From positions 1-62,434 of the forward strand of contig JANRIL010000034.1 in assembly GCA_033764955.1 (NCBI GenBank): a DNA stretch of 62,434 nucleotides, written 5' to 3'. Source of the DNA: Cyanobacteriota bacterium. Lineage in GTDB: Bacteria; Cyanobacteriota; Cyanobacteriia; Thermostichales; Thermostichaceae. Shown here piece after piece: positions 39,128-49,551 of this stretch (position 1 is its first letter; every line of letters starts with the position of its first letter). A program made the translations under genes and the position numbers. The notes under the pieces were generated by a model, which did not search any database, had not been told where the DNA came from, and worked only from the letters and a program-made list of their open reading frames with translations.

Positions 39128-39892
39128 TTGGGTCGTTTGGGTATGGGACTCGGCATTATTGTGGTTTGTCATGGAAGCTCCCATCCCCTCTATCAAAAGA
39201 CCTTCAGTGGGTTTTTAGGGGAGTGTCAAGCAGCTTTATCTCCTTGGCGGTTGGCGGGAGCACAGTTAGAGGCGGGAGGGATCCCGTTGCAGGAGCAGAT
39301 CCTCCGATTAGCTGAGTTATGGCAGGCCGAACTTCTGGATCATCTGGTATTGCTGCCCCTTTTTATGGGGGGAGGCGTGCATGTGGAGGAGGATCTGCCC
39401 CAGTGCCTAACCGCAGTAGGGCAACGACAACCCGATTGGCGGCTGCAATGGACTATGCCGCTTGGGCAAAGTCCGGTGATACGCGAGCTAATACGCCATA
39501 AAATCCGCTCTACTCACCAGGATGAACAGATCCCCATTCTGGTGGGGCATGGCAGCCGCTCTCCCACATTTGCCAGTTATGCCCAGGATTTACGCCAGCA
39601 CCTCCACACCGAGTTTGGTGACACTACCATGGTTTGGCTCACCCAAAGCCCCCGTTTAGCGGATTATCTCAGTGATTGGCATCCCTCCAGACCGATTCGC
39701 CTCCTTCCGTTGTTCCTGCTGCCGGGGGGGATCCTCGACCAGATTCAGCTCACATGCCAGCAGATGATGCTAGAGCGACCTGGCCTGACCATTCACGTTG
39801 ATCCGGCGCTGATCCCCGATCCAAGGGTAGTGATGGCAGTGAAACAAACCGTTTTGGCGGCACTCCCTCCGCTAAAATCAACTACTCCCTAG
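39128..39892 (+). CDS. cbiX: Sirohydrochlorin chelatase (CbiX/SirB family)
   Basis: HGS, PLFMGGGVHVEEDLP, second HGS; next to cobA. Confidence 0.8.
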   Translation: MGRLGMGLGIIVVCHGSSHPLYQKTFSGFLGECQAALSPWRLAGAQLEAGGIPLQEQILRLAELWQAELLDHLVLLPLFMGGGVHVEEDLPQCLTAVGQRQPDWRLQWTMPLGQSPVIRELIRHKIRSTHQDEQIPILVGHGSRSPTFASYAQDLRQHLHTEFGDTTMVWLTQSPRLADYLSDWHPSRPIRLLPLFLLPGGILDQIQLTCQQMMLERPGLTIHVDPALIPDPRVVMAVKQTVLAALPPLKSTTP

Positions 39893-39928
39893 CCCTTAAC
39901 CAGGAATTGGCAAACAACGAAGACAACT

Positions 39929-40684
39929 ATGGCAGGAAAAGTCTATCTAGTTGGGGCTGGCCCAGGCGATCCGGGACTCTTGACGGTCAAGGGCAAAACC
40001 CTGCTCGGTCATGCGGATGTGGTGATCTACGATGCCCTGGTCAGCCAGCCCATTTTGGATCTAATCCCCGCAGGGGCAGAACGGATTTATGCGGGTAAAA
40101 CCACAGGCATGCACACCCTCCCTCAGCCCGCCATCACCGAACTGCTGATCCACAAGGCGCAAACGGCGGCGGTGGTGGTACGTCTGAAGGGCGGGGATCC
40201 CTTTGTCTTTGGACGGGGGGGAGAAGAAATGCTGGCGCTTGTGGAAGCCGGGATTGCCGTGGAAGTTGTTCCCGGAATTAGTGCGGGGATAGCGGCCAGT
40301 GCCTATGCTGGGATCCCTCTGACCCATCGGGACTACAGTTCTTCGGTGATGTTTGTGACTGGGCATGAGGCGGTGGGCAAATACCGTCCCGATCTCAATT
40401 GGCAGGCCATGGCAACCGCCGCCGAAACTCTTGTCATTTATATGGGGATCCACCATTTGCGAGAGATCGCCAGCCAGCTTATGGCGGGAGGTAAGCCCGC
40501 CGCCACACCTGTCGCCATCATTCGCTGGGCAACCACTCCCCAACAGACCGTCATCCTCACCAGATTGGAGGATCTCGCCGCCCACTACCCCCAGTTGGAA
40601 CTAGGTCCACCTGCTATCGTGGTGGTGGGGGCGGTGGTCGATCTGTCAAGCCGTCTGCCCCATCTCTTCAATACGTTTGCCTAG
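39929..40684 (+). CDS. cobA: Uroporphyrinogen-III C-methyltransferase
   Basis: LVGAGPGDP, RLKGGDPFVFGRGGEE. Confidence 0.96.
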   Translation: MAGKVYLVGAGPGDPGLLTVKGKTLLGHADVVIYDALVSQPILDLIPAGAERIYAGKTTGMHTLPQPAITELLIHKAQTAAVVVRLKGGDPFVFGRGGEEMLALVEAGIAVEVVPGISAGIAASAYAGIPLTHRDYSSSVMFVTGHEAVGKYRPDLNWQAMATAAETLVIYMGIHHLREIASQLMAGGKPAATPVAIIRWATTPQQTVILTRLEDLAAHYPQLELGPPAIVVVGAVVDLSSRLPHLFNTFA

Positions 40685-40757
40685 AGCCTAGCTGGCGCTT
40701 CCGGCGGGCTCTCGCGACTTCCTCTCCCCTCTTTTATTCATCTAGGAGTGATCTGCC

Positions 40758-40991
40758 ATGAATCCGCCCCCACCCGGATTGTCGGGATCCCTAAAAGGCA
40801 TGGTTGTCGCCACCTTAATTCTCTCTGCGGTCAATACCATCGTCCTGATCACCTTATCCTTGGGGATGTATCAACGCTCCAATGAGATCAACTCCCGAAT
40901 TGAGAATGTTGAATCCACCGTCAAGTCCTTTCGGGATGGAGCCGGGGGGTTGTTAGACCGTGTTTTGAACCGCCCCTCCGCGAGCCCTTAG
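40758..40991 (+). CDS. Small membrane protein
   Basis: AGGAG RBS; one TM helix. Confidence 0.6.
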   Translation: MNPPPPGLSGSLKGMVVATLILSAVNTIVLITLSLGMYQRSNEINSRIENVESTVKSFRDGAGGLLDRVLNRPSASP

Positions 40992-41373
40992 GGGAGTCTG
41001 GTGGGGGGAGTCTGGTAGATTGATTCCCACCTTTATTTTTTGCCTAGCCATTTATCTGTGTTTTGGCAATTTCTCTATCCAAAATTCAGACTAAGATTTG
41101 TGAACCCATCTACTAATCTTTTGATAGATTTTGCTTAACTTGATCTGCCTATCGTGGGAATACTTAAGTTTTAGGCAGATCCAAAAATATCCGTATTTGA
41201 TGAAGGCTTAGCCGGGGTTTAATTTATTTTCAAGAGGAAGGATTCCGCCAAATCCCGTAGAAATTTCTTCCTAAAGTTACGTGTCTTAGCTGTGGGATCT
41301 CTCCACCTACTCTCCTAGACTAAAGTTAGGGGATTAACCCCCTCTTAATAAGCATTTACCTTAGGCGAAGTCA

Positions 41374-43992
41374 ATGGTTGCCCACCTCAAAATGATGCCC
41401 AGGGATCCGAAGCTGTCCAAAACAGAATTGCTCAGCCGAATTATCCACAACGTGCGGGAGTCATTGGAGTTACCGGATATTTTGTCGGCAACCGTCAGAG
41501 AAGTGCGCGACTTTTTAGCGATTGATCGCGTCATGATTTACCAATTTGATGAGGAGGGGCATGGGCAAGTTGTTGCTGAAGCCCTCAAACCCAATCGCTT
41601 GCCTTCCCTACTGGGGTTAACGTTTCCTGCCCAAGACATTCCCCAGGCTGCCCGCGAACTCTTCTGCAAGGCGCGGGTTCGCACCATCGTTGATCTGGGT
41701 CAACAGATGTTATCAGCCAGTTATCCGCACTCTCCCCACCTTACTCCCCTCACCTCCGAACTTGTGCGACTCACCCCCGTAGCGGATCTGATCCAGCGTC
41801 CTGTGGATCCCTGCCATGCCCTATATATGCGCTGTATGGGTGTCCACGCCAGCATGGTTGTGCCCCTCCTCCATCAAAACCAACTGTGGGGGTTGTTGAT
41901 TGCCCATCATGGGGATCCCTATGCGTTTGCCCAGGAAGATTTACAAATTGTGCAGATGGTGGCCGATCAAATGACGATTGCCATTGCTCAGGCTGATTTG
42001 CTGAGTCAAACCCGCGCCAAAGCTGAGCGAGAAACCTTGCTCAACCAGATCACAACGCTTTTGCACTCCCCCCTTCACCCCGAAAGTGTGTTGCCTAGCG
42101 TTTTGCAAACGATCACGCAAGCCCTACAAGGGATCGGGGCGCGACTCTATATTCAAGCCCATCCCTACCACGAGCAACATTTCCTTCCCCCCTCTTCCAA
42201 AACGGCTGGTTATCTCTGCTGCTATGGCGTGCAGCCCTCCCTCCCCTCCCAAGCCGATCCGCAATGGTTAGAAGAAAGTCCGTTTTGGCAACAGTTTTTG
42301 CACCCCAATTCGAGCTTATGGCTAGAACTTCCCCAGGAGGGTTCGCTGTTGCCGCCCTTTCTCCCCCCCCTCCGTGAGATGGCGGATTATGGGCAAGTCA
42401 CCGATATTTATCAAGAACCCCAACTATTTCCTCTGCTCACCCCATTTGCCTCCTCAACGATCCGTGGGTTGTTGATCATCCCCTTTTCCCATCGGGGGCA
42501 AACCTTGGGTTGTATTACCTTGTTTCGCCAAGCCGTGGATACCGAAACCCTCTGGGCGGGCTATCGGGATCCGGATCCCCGCCAGCAGCAGCCCCGCCTT
42601 TCCTTCAATGTTTGGCGGGAACTGAAGCTGAACCAGGCTCCCCAGTGGACAAAGGGCGAAATCGAACTCTTGCATTCCCTGGGGATCCATATCGCCTTAG
42701 CCATGATGCAAAACCAACTTTATCAGCAGGTGCATCTGCTCAATAGCCAACTGGAAGCACAGGTGGAAGAACGGACGGCTGAACTGCAAAAAGCCCTCGA
42801 TTTTGAAGCCATCGTGCGGCAGGTTACCGATAAGCTGCGCGACAGTTTGGATGAAAGTCAAATTTTGGGTGTGGCGGTCAGGGAATTAGCGGCGGGGCTG
42901 CATGTAGATTGTTGCGATATTTCCCTCTACAATTTCAGCACGGGTAAAGCCGTCATTCAATACGAATATACACAGTCCATTCCCTCGATTGGTGGACTCA
43001 TTATTAGTATGGATGACTATCCCGAATTTTATCACTTACTACGCGAAGGTCAGTATTTTCAGTGCTGTGATCTGGGCATGACCCCCCGGCGAGATGGCGT
43101 ATCGATGTTGGTTTGTCCTCTCTTGGATGACCAGGGTATCTTGGGAGATCTCTGGCTAGTGAATCAAAGTGATCGGGCGTTTGATCACCTAGAAATTCGT
43201 CTCGTCCAACAGATTGCTAACCATTGTGCCATTGCCATTCGACAGGCATGGCTTTATCAAACCGCTCAAAATCAAGTCGAAGTGTTAGAACGCTTGAATC
43301 GTCTGAAGGATGAATTTTTGAGTACGGTTTCCCATGAATTACGAACTCCTATCTCCAACATGAAGATGGCTTTACGGATGTTGCGTTTAGATGTTTCTCC
43401 CGAAAAACAGGAGATTTATCTCAACATTTTGGAGCAGGAATGTCAACGGGAAAATGAGATGATTGAAGACCTCCTTGATCTGCAACGGTTAGAGGGGGAT
43501 AACCGTGACCTAGCCCTAGAGCCTCTGGCCATCCAAGCCTGGTTGCCGCCGCTGTTGCAGTCTTTTCAAACCCGTATGCAATCCCGCCAGCAGCGACTCT
43601 CCCTAACGTTGGATCCCCGTTTGAGCCATATCCTCACGGAGCGCACCAGCCTAGAGCGGGTGGTGTCTGAGTTGGTCAATAACGCCTGCAAATATGCCCC
43701 ACCGCAGGCGGAGATTCGGGTGGGCACCAGTCAAGATAGCAGCCATATTATCCTGACCATTCAGAACACAGGCACGCATATTCCCCCCCAAGAAATTTCC
43801 CGCATCTTCCAGAAGTTTTATCGAATTCCGCAGGGGGATCCCTGGAAACAGGGGGGAACCGGACTGGGGTTAGCCCTTGTCAAAAAGTTGGTGGAGCATC
43901 TGCAAGGGGAGATCAGCGTGGAGAGTCAGGATCAACTCACGACCTTTACCGTTCGTATCCCGCGCACTTACGCCCAGCCCACTTCCACCTAG
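41374..43992 (+). CDS. Knotless (PAS-less) phytochrome histidine kinase, GAF-PHY-GAF-HK
   Basis: DIP motif, DPCH bilin Cys-His, WAG/PRLSF/WRE tongue, SHELRTP. Confidence 0.9.
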   Translation: MVAHLKMMPRDPKLSKTELLSRIIHNVRESLELPDILSATVREVRDFLAIDRVMIYQFDEEGHGQVVAEALKPNRLPSLLGLTFPAQDIPQAARELFCKARVRTIVDLGQQMLSASYPHSPHLTPLTSELVRLTPVADLIQRPVDPCHALYMRCMGVHASMVVPLLHQNQLWGLLIAHHGDPYAFAQEDLQIVQMVADQMTIAIAQADLLSQTRAKAERETLLNQITTLLHSPLHPESVLPSVLQTITQALQGIGARLYIQAHPYHEQHFLPPSSKTAGYLCCYGVQPSLPSQADPQWLEESPFWQQFLHPNSSLWLELPQEGSLLPPFLPPLREMADYGQVTDIYQEPQLFPLLTPFASSTIRGLLIIPFSHRGQTLGCITLFRQAVDTETLWAGYRDPDPRQQQPRLSFNVWRELKLNQAPQWTKGEIELLHSLGIHIALAMMQNQLYQQVHLLNSQLEAQVEERTAELQKALDFEAIVRQVTDKLRDSLDESQILGVAVRELAAGLHVDCCDISLYNFSTGKAVIQYEYTQSIPSIGGLIISMDDYPEFYHLLREGQYFQCCDLGMTPRRDGVSMLVCPLLDDQGILGDLWLVNQSDRAFDHLEIRLVQQIANHCAIAIRQAWLYQTAQNQVEVLERLNRLKDEFLSTVSHELRTPISNMKMALRMLRLDVSPEKQEIYLNILEQECQRENEMIEDLLDLQRLEGDNRDLALEPLAIQAWLPPLLQSFQTRMQSRQQRLSLTLDPRLSHILTERTSLERVVSELVNNACKYAPPQAEIRVGTSQDSSHIILTIQNTGTHIPPQEISRIFQKFYRIPQGDPWKQGGTGLGLALVKKLVEHLQGEISVESQDQLTTFTVRIPRTYAQPTST

Positions 43993-44062
43993 CCCCCTAG
44001 ATGGGGATCCCTAGAGACTCAACGCCTCCTAACGAATGGGTTATGGGTGCTCAACGTTACAT

Positions 44063-45055
44063 TTATTGGGTAGATTCTGACAATTGAGCCGCTGCCGCCT
44101 GGGCATAGGCATCCCGTACCACCCGAGTCCGCAGTAGCACCTGCACGTCCTGCATCAAGCGCTTGCCCCAGAGGTTATCCCGCAACACCTGCACCTTGGC
44201 ATACTCCGGATCCAGTTGAATGGCCTCTGCCCCCAGGGCTTCTGCCTCGCTTTGCTGACCCTGCACATAATAAGCTGTGGCCAAAGCAAGCTTGGGTTCA
44301 GCCGCCTCAGGGTTGATGGCAATCGCCGCCTGCCAGCGTTCAATTGCTGCCTCTAGATTGCCAGCTTCATATTCCAGAAGACCAATATTGTTGATGGCAG
44401 GCCAAAATTGATCGTTGAGGCTGATGGCTTCTTCAAAGGCGGCGATGGCCTGTTCTGGTTCCCCTCGCAGCAGAAACGCATTGCCCAGTTGAAAGTGTCC
44501 GTCGGCATTGCTGGGTTCTAAGCTGAGTCCTTTTTCTAAAGCCTCCACCGCTGCAAAATAGCTGCCCTGCCGTAAATAGGCCGCCCCCAGAGTGAGCAAA
44601 ACCGCCGGATCGTTGGGGGAAAGTTCCCGCCCCTTTTGCAGGGCTGCCACCGCCTGACGATAATCCCCGATTTCCAGATAAATGCTGCCCGTCGCCACTT
44701 GTAGCTCAGCCGAATTGGGCACTAGCTCAGTGGCCAACTCTAGGCGGGTGAGGGCTTCGTTCACTTGCCCAAATTGTGCCAGTCGAATAGCATCGCTAGC
44801 CAGTTGCAGCGCCTGCGCCTGCATTAAGGATGGATTGGGCACGGGAGCATGAAAAAGTGCCTGCGCTTGCCCCGGAGTCCCCCAGACACCAACCGATAGG
44901 GATCCCCCTGCCCAGCAGAGCACCGCCGTCCATTTCCCCAAAAAACCACTAGCCGCTTTGGGCAACACTTGGGTCGAGATCCACAACTGACGGAAAATAT
45001 TCATGAAGGATGCCTTAACGTCATCTTTGCCTAGCTTGGCTAGGGGAAGGAACAA
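44063..45055 (-). CDS. TPR-repeat protein
   Basis: Several TPR consensus repeats; start uncertain. Confidence 0.88.
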   Translation of the reverse strand: MFLPLAKLGKDDVKASFMNIFRQLWISTQVLPKAASGFLGKWTAVLCWAGGSLSVGVWGTPGQAQALFHAPVPNPSLMQAQALQLASDAIRLAQFGQVNEALTRLELATELVPNSAELQVATGSIYLEIGDYRQAVAALQKGRELSPNDPAVLLTLGAAYLRQGSYFAAVEALEKGLSLEPSNADGHFQLGNAFLLRGEPEQAIAAFEEAISLNDQFWPAINNIGLLEYEAGNLEAAIERWQAAIAINPEAAEPKLALATAYYVQGQQSEAEALGAEAIQLDPEYAKVQVLRDNLWGKRLMQDVQVLLRTRVVRDAYAQAAAAQLSESTQ

Positions 45056-45263
45056 ATAGCATGATTGTCATTCATCAATGAGCTGACTGCTATCCATTGC
45101 CATCCTAGTCTACAAAAATAGGTTTGGAACGGTAGCCTTTTCCTGGATCCCCAGCAACCTTGAGACTGTGACAAACCCCGTCAATCCCTGCGGTTAAATG
45201 CAGTCTCTCGCCAGTGGTGGGATGGCTAAAGTCTAGCTATTGCTTTGCAGGACTCTTGCCAGT

Positions 45264-46649
45264 ATGCGTTTACCCGATGGCCCCCAGGCTCCACCCCTTT
45301 GGCAACTCATGGCATGGATTACCCAGCCGACGGCATTTCTCGACTCTGCGGTTAGGCGATATGGGGATCCGTTTACGGCTGATTGGGGTCGTTTGGGGAA
45401 ACGGGTCTTTGTGGGGGATCCCCAAGCTATTGAGCAGATTTTTACGGCAGGGGTGACGACCTTTGATTCGGGGCGAGCCGCTGGAGTGCTGACTCCTGTG
45501 TTGGGATCCCATTCTCTCCTTCTGCTGGATGGGGAGGCTCACCAGCGGCATCGTCAGCTTTTGATGCCCCCTCTACACGGAGAACGGATGCGATCCTACG
45601 GATCCCTAATCCAGCAGATTACCCAACAGATGACGGCAACCTGGCGGCAGGGTCAGACCTTTTGGGCACGGGACTTTATGCAGGCCGTTTCTCTCCAGGT
45701 AATTTTGCAGGCGGTGTTTGGCCTGCATCCGGGGGAACGTTGTCTGCGCTTAGAAAAAAGTCTCTTAAAACTCATGGATTTGGTGGTCACTCCCATCGGG
45801 CGGCTGATGATATTTTTCCCCGCTCTTCAGCAGGATTGGGGGGCGTTCAGCCCACAGGGCTATTTTGTGCGGATCCGCCAGCAGGTGGATGATTTGATCT
45901 ACGAAGAGATTGCCGAACGACAAACTAGGGATCCCGATGCCCCCACCGGAAACGATATTCTCAGCCTACTGATGGCGGCCCGTGATGAAGAGGGGGATCC
46001 CTTAACCCCTCAAGAGCTGCGGGATGAACTGATCACCATGTTGATTGCCGGGCATGAAACAACCGCCACCAGCTTGACCTGGGCATTGTATTGGATGCAT
46101 GCGTTGCCGGATGTGCAAGCCCGCCTCCTCACCGAACTGACCACTCTTGAGGATCCCTGCGATGCGATGGCGATGACCCGCCTGCCCTATTTGAGCGCTA
46201 TCTGTGCCGAAACCCTCCGCCTTTATCCGGTGCTGTTGACCGCCCTCCCCCGCATTACCCAACACCCCTTCTCGATTGGGGAGTATGACGTGCCCCCTGA
46301 AACTCGCCTGATGCCCTGCATTTATCTCACCCATCGGCGTCCAGACTTATATCCTGAACCGGAGCAGTTTCACCCTGAGCGATTTATAGAGCGCCAATTT
46401 TCCCCTTACGAGTATCTGCCCTTTGGCGGGGGCAACCGTCGTTGTATCGGAGCCGCTTTTGCCCTATTTGAGATGAAGATTGTCTTGGTGACCCTCCTCA
46501 GCCGTTGGCATCTGCACCTGCTAGAGTCCTATCCAGTTGGGTATGTGCGACGCTCGATTACGATGGCTCCAGCCAGTGGCATCAAAATGCAGGTGATGGC
46601 TCCCCTTGCGCCCTCTCGGTCTGAACAACCCAGTTTGGTGGTTCGCTAG
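45264..46649 (+). CDS. Cytochrome P450 (CYP110-like)
   Basis: AGHETT, ETLR, PERF, FGGGNRRCIG. Confidence 0.93.
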   Translation: MRLPDGPQAPPLWQLMAWITQPTAFLDSAVRRYGDPFTADWGRLGKRVFVGDPQAIEQIFTAGVTTFDSGRAAGVLTPVLGSHSLLLLDGEAHQRHRQLLMPPLHGERMRSYGSLIQQITQQMTATWRQGQTFWARDFMQAVSLQVILQAVFGLHPGERCLRLEKSLLKLMDLVVTPIGRLMIFFPALQQDWGAFSPQGYFVRIRQQVDDLIYEEIAERQTRDPDAPTGNDILSLLMAARDEEGDPLTPQELRDELITMLIAGHETTATSLTWALYWMHALPDVQARLLTELTTLEDPCDAMAMTRLPYLSAICAETLRLYPVLLTALPRITQHPFSIGEYDVPPETRLMPCIYLTHRRPDLYPEPEQFHPERFIERQFSPYEYLPFGGGNRRCIGAAFALFEMKIVLVTLLSRWHLHLLESYPVGYVRRSITMAPASGIKMQVMAPLAPSRSEQPSLVVR

Positions 46650-47497
46650 GGATGGGGGTTCTCTTCCATGATCAGTTGCGGCTGGGATCCCCAGATGGGG
46701 AAAAAATGTCCGATCGGGCCTTGGCCGTGGCCAATCGCTAGGGCATGGGCAATTGCCTGGGTCACGTAGTGTTTAGCGGCTTTGCTGGCGGCGAGAGGAG
46801 ATTGTCCTTGGGCGAGCTGGGCAGCGATCGCGGCGGCGAGGGTGCATCCGGTGCCATGAGTGTGGGGTGTGGGCAGAGCCTCGGCGGATAAAACCAAAAA
46901 CTGCTGCCCGTCAAACCAAAGATCGGTGGCTTTTAGGGATCCCGCCATGCCTCCCCCTTTAATCAACACCGCTTGGCAACCCAAGGCATAAATGTTCTCA
47001 GCAGCCCGTTGTCTATCCTGTTGATCATGGATGGATAAGCCGCTTAAGATCTCCGCTTCATAACGATTGGGGGTAGCTATCAGCGCCAGGGGCAGCAGTT
47101 GGGTTTTGAGGATCTCAACGGCCTGCTCATCCAAAAGTCGGGATCCCGTGCGGGAGACCATCACTGGATCCACCACCAAATTGGGCAAAGCTAGGTGTTG
47201 GATCTGCTCCACCACCGCTCCAATGATGGATGCGTTCAGCAACATGCCTGTTTTGACTGCTTGCACCCCGATATCGCTGACCACCGCCTGAATTTGGGCA
47301 ACAACCGCTTCCACTGGCAGGGCATCCACCCGCGTTACCCCCAGAGTATTTTGAGCCGTCACGCAGGTAAGGGCACTGGTTCCATGCACGCCATGAAAGG
47401 CAAAGGTTCGCAAGTCCGCTTGGATCCCTGCTCCTCCTCCACTATCGGATCCCGCAATGGTTAAGGCGACGGGAGGCCGTAATTCTTGACCAATCAT
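46646..47497 (-). CDS. thiD: Hydroxymethylpyrimidine/phosphomethylpyrimidine kinase
   Basis: [22 protein letters not shown]. Confidence 0.96.
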   Translation of the reverse strand: MIGQELRPPVALTIAGSDSGGGAGIQADLRTFAFHGVHGTSALTCVTAQNTLGVTRVDALPVEAVVAQIQAVVSDIGVQAVKTGMLLNASIIGAVVEQIQHLALPNLVVDPVMVSRTGSRLLDEQAVEILKTQLLPLALIATPNRYEAEILSGLSIHDQQDRQRAAENIYALGCQAVLIKGGGMAGSLKATDLWFDGQQFLVLSAEALPTPHTHGTGCTLAAAIAAQLAQGQSPLAASKAAKHYVTQAIAHALAIGHGQGPIGHFFPIWGSQPQLIMEENPHP

Positions 47498-47597
47498 GGC
47501 TTGCCTATCCTTGATAAACAGTCGGGATTCTGGAGATTCTGGGGGTTTCTTATCTTGACAAAAGACAAAAGGATTGTCATCATAAGGTTCCAGGTTT

Positions 47598-47669
47598 GCG
47601 GGTGTAGCTCAGTGGTAGAGCTTCTCGTTGCCAACGAGAAGGTCGCGCGTTCGAATCGCGTCACCCGCT
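47598..47669 (+). tRNA. trnG: tRNA-Gly(GCC)
   Basis: GCGGGTGTAGCTCAGTGGTAGAGC...TTGCCAA...GTTCGAATC...ACCCGCT. Confidence 0.96.
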
Positions 47670-47777
47670 TCATCAAACTAAAAATACTAAAACATAAAAC
47701 TACAGAATTTTTTTTGAGGATATTCTCAGTCAATCAGAGGCTATTGAACTAACGTGAACTAACGAACCAATCAGGCT

Positions 47778-49331
47778 CTAGCTAAACTTAAATTTTTGAG
47801 CCGCAAACCAGCAGATTTTTAATAGTTTTAGACCATCTCGCACATGCTGGATATTCGATCTACCGTAGACACGCGGGTAATAGCGAACCGGAATGTCAAC
47901 AATTTTTAGATTGTTTTTGGTTGCCCCTAACAACAGATCAAAATCTCCAAAGGGATCAAAATCTCCAAAATAATGTTGGTTGGCCAAAATTTCTAGATAA
48001 TCGGAGCGCCTGAGAACCTTCGTTCCACATAGAGAATCTTTAATACGAATATTCAAAATATAGGACAGTAATGCGGCAAAAAATCGATTCCCCCAACGGT
48101 TGGCATCCGGCATAGAGGAGCGATTTAAGGGATAAATTAAGCGACAGCCATTGGCAAAATCACAGCGCCCTGTCGCCACTGCCCGAAAGAATTTCGGCAT
48201 ATCCTCTGCTTGAACGGTTAAATCAGCGTCTAGGATCATCAAAATGTCTCCGGTTGCCGCCGCAAACCCTTTGCGAACCGCATCGGCTTTCCCTTTGCCA
48301 TCCTGCTGCATGATTTTGATATCTCGTTGCGTTGCCCATTCCGCTTGAATTTTTTGGATCTCTAGCCAGGTATGATCCGTAGAGTGACCCTCCACAAAAA
48401 TAATCTCTGTATGGGATCCCATCAGGGGCAAGTTTTGAACGCAATTGAGGATGTTGCCCGCTTCGTTGCGAGCCGGGATGATCACTGAACAGGACAACGA
48501 TTCTGCCGGATTGATGGGATCCACTTTCAGATCCACAACAGGAGTAATTCCCTGCAAGGGCTGATGCCGCGTAGGAAAGGTAGAGGGTGGAATCTGTGGC
48601 CGGGAGACCATATATTCGGTTAGGCAAAGGTGATTGAACCCAGGCAGGGGCGCCAACCCCCGATTGATCAGACTGGCTAGCAGAGGAATCGACTTGGGCA
48701 TGAGCAGGCGTTTCCCTTGGCGAATCGTCTCAAATCCCGCCAGATCGAGGAGATTGGCAATATCCTGTTGGCTGAGCCAGTTAAGGGCAGGTAAAGGCAT
48801 CCGTTGTTTCAGCCAGGAGGCCATTTGCAAAAGAGGTTCCCAGAGAGGGTTATGGCTGGAGATGATCAGACGAGTTGCTGCACTGCACAGGGGTCGTACC
48901 CGTTCAAAAACTTGTTGAATATCGCTGACGCGGCTGAGGGTATTGGGGAAAATGATGTAGTCAAAGGGATCAAAACAGTCAGACTCTGCTCCCCAGCGGG
49001 GATCCCAAGTGAGGGCTTCCAGTTTTTGCACCTGCCAATTCAACCTAGGAAAATGCTGTTGGGCTTGCTCGATCACAGCAGGATCCGGATCGATGCCCAC
49101 ACCATAGGCAGGTTGCAAACCATCTAATAAATCTCCCGTGCCCACTCCAATCTGCAAAACCCGCTTTTGGCTGGGGATCAAGAACTGATGCAATTTCTCC
49201 AGATCCTGATGGTAGTAGAGATTTTTTTGCCGCCAAAAGGTTTGTGGGGCTTCTGGAGCAAGGGGGCTATCGGGTTGAGATAAGCGAGCCAAACCTTGAG
49301 CAGATTGATCCACTACCGCCTCCGACACCAC
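47778..49331 (-). CDS. Methyltransferase-like / GT2 glycosyltransferase fusion
   Basis: LQIGVGTG; SVIIPARNE, GKADAVRKG, ILDADL. Confidence 0.88.
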   Translation of the reverse strand: MVSEAVVDQSAQGLARLSQPDSPLAPEAPQTFWRQKNLYYHQDLEKLHQFLIPSQKRVLQIGVGTGDLLDGLQPAYGVGIDPDPAVIEQAQQHFPRLNWQVQKLEALTWDPRWGAESDCFDPFDYIIFPNTLSRVSDIQQVFERVRPLCSAATRLIISSHNPLWEPLLQMASWLKQRMPLPALNWLSQQDIANLLDLAGFETIRQGKRLLMPKSIPLLASLINRGLAPLPGFNHLCLTEYMVSRPQIPPSTFPTRHQPLQGITPVVDLKVDPINPAESLSCSVIIPARNEAGNILNCVQNLPLMGSHTEIIFVEGHSTDHTWLEIQKIQAEWATQRDIKIMQQDGKGKADAVRKGFAAATGDILMILDADLTVQAEDMPKFFRAVATGRCDFANGCRLIYPLNRSSMPDANRWGNRFFAALLSYILNIRIKDSLCGTKVLRRSDYLEILANQHYFGDFDPFGDFDLLLGATKNNLKIVDIPVRYYPRVYGRSNIQHVRDGLKLLKICWFAAQKFKFS

Positions 49332-49551
49332 ACACCCAGCAACACCCTATCATAGGGCATTCGGATAACCGGCGTGACAACTTCCGAGGCGGAGGCAAGG
49401 CATAGAACCCGCTGCCAGGGCAGGGCTTTGCCGACTTCTTCTTCACGGACATCTGAGTATAGAAGTGGGATCCGAATTATGCTGGTGTCGTTGCTTGTCC
49501 TGTGTTGGGACAACCATTGGGTTTGTTCTTTATCTGCATTGTTCAACTGAC

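Noticed and set aside
47494..47752. ORFs overlapping tRNA-Gly, and a second island at this tRNA
   Set aside because: The ORFs are artefacts of the tRNA region; no duplicated tRNA end or integrase found
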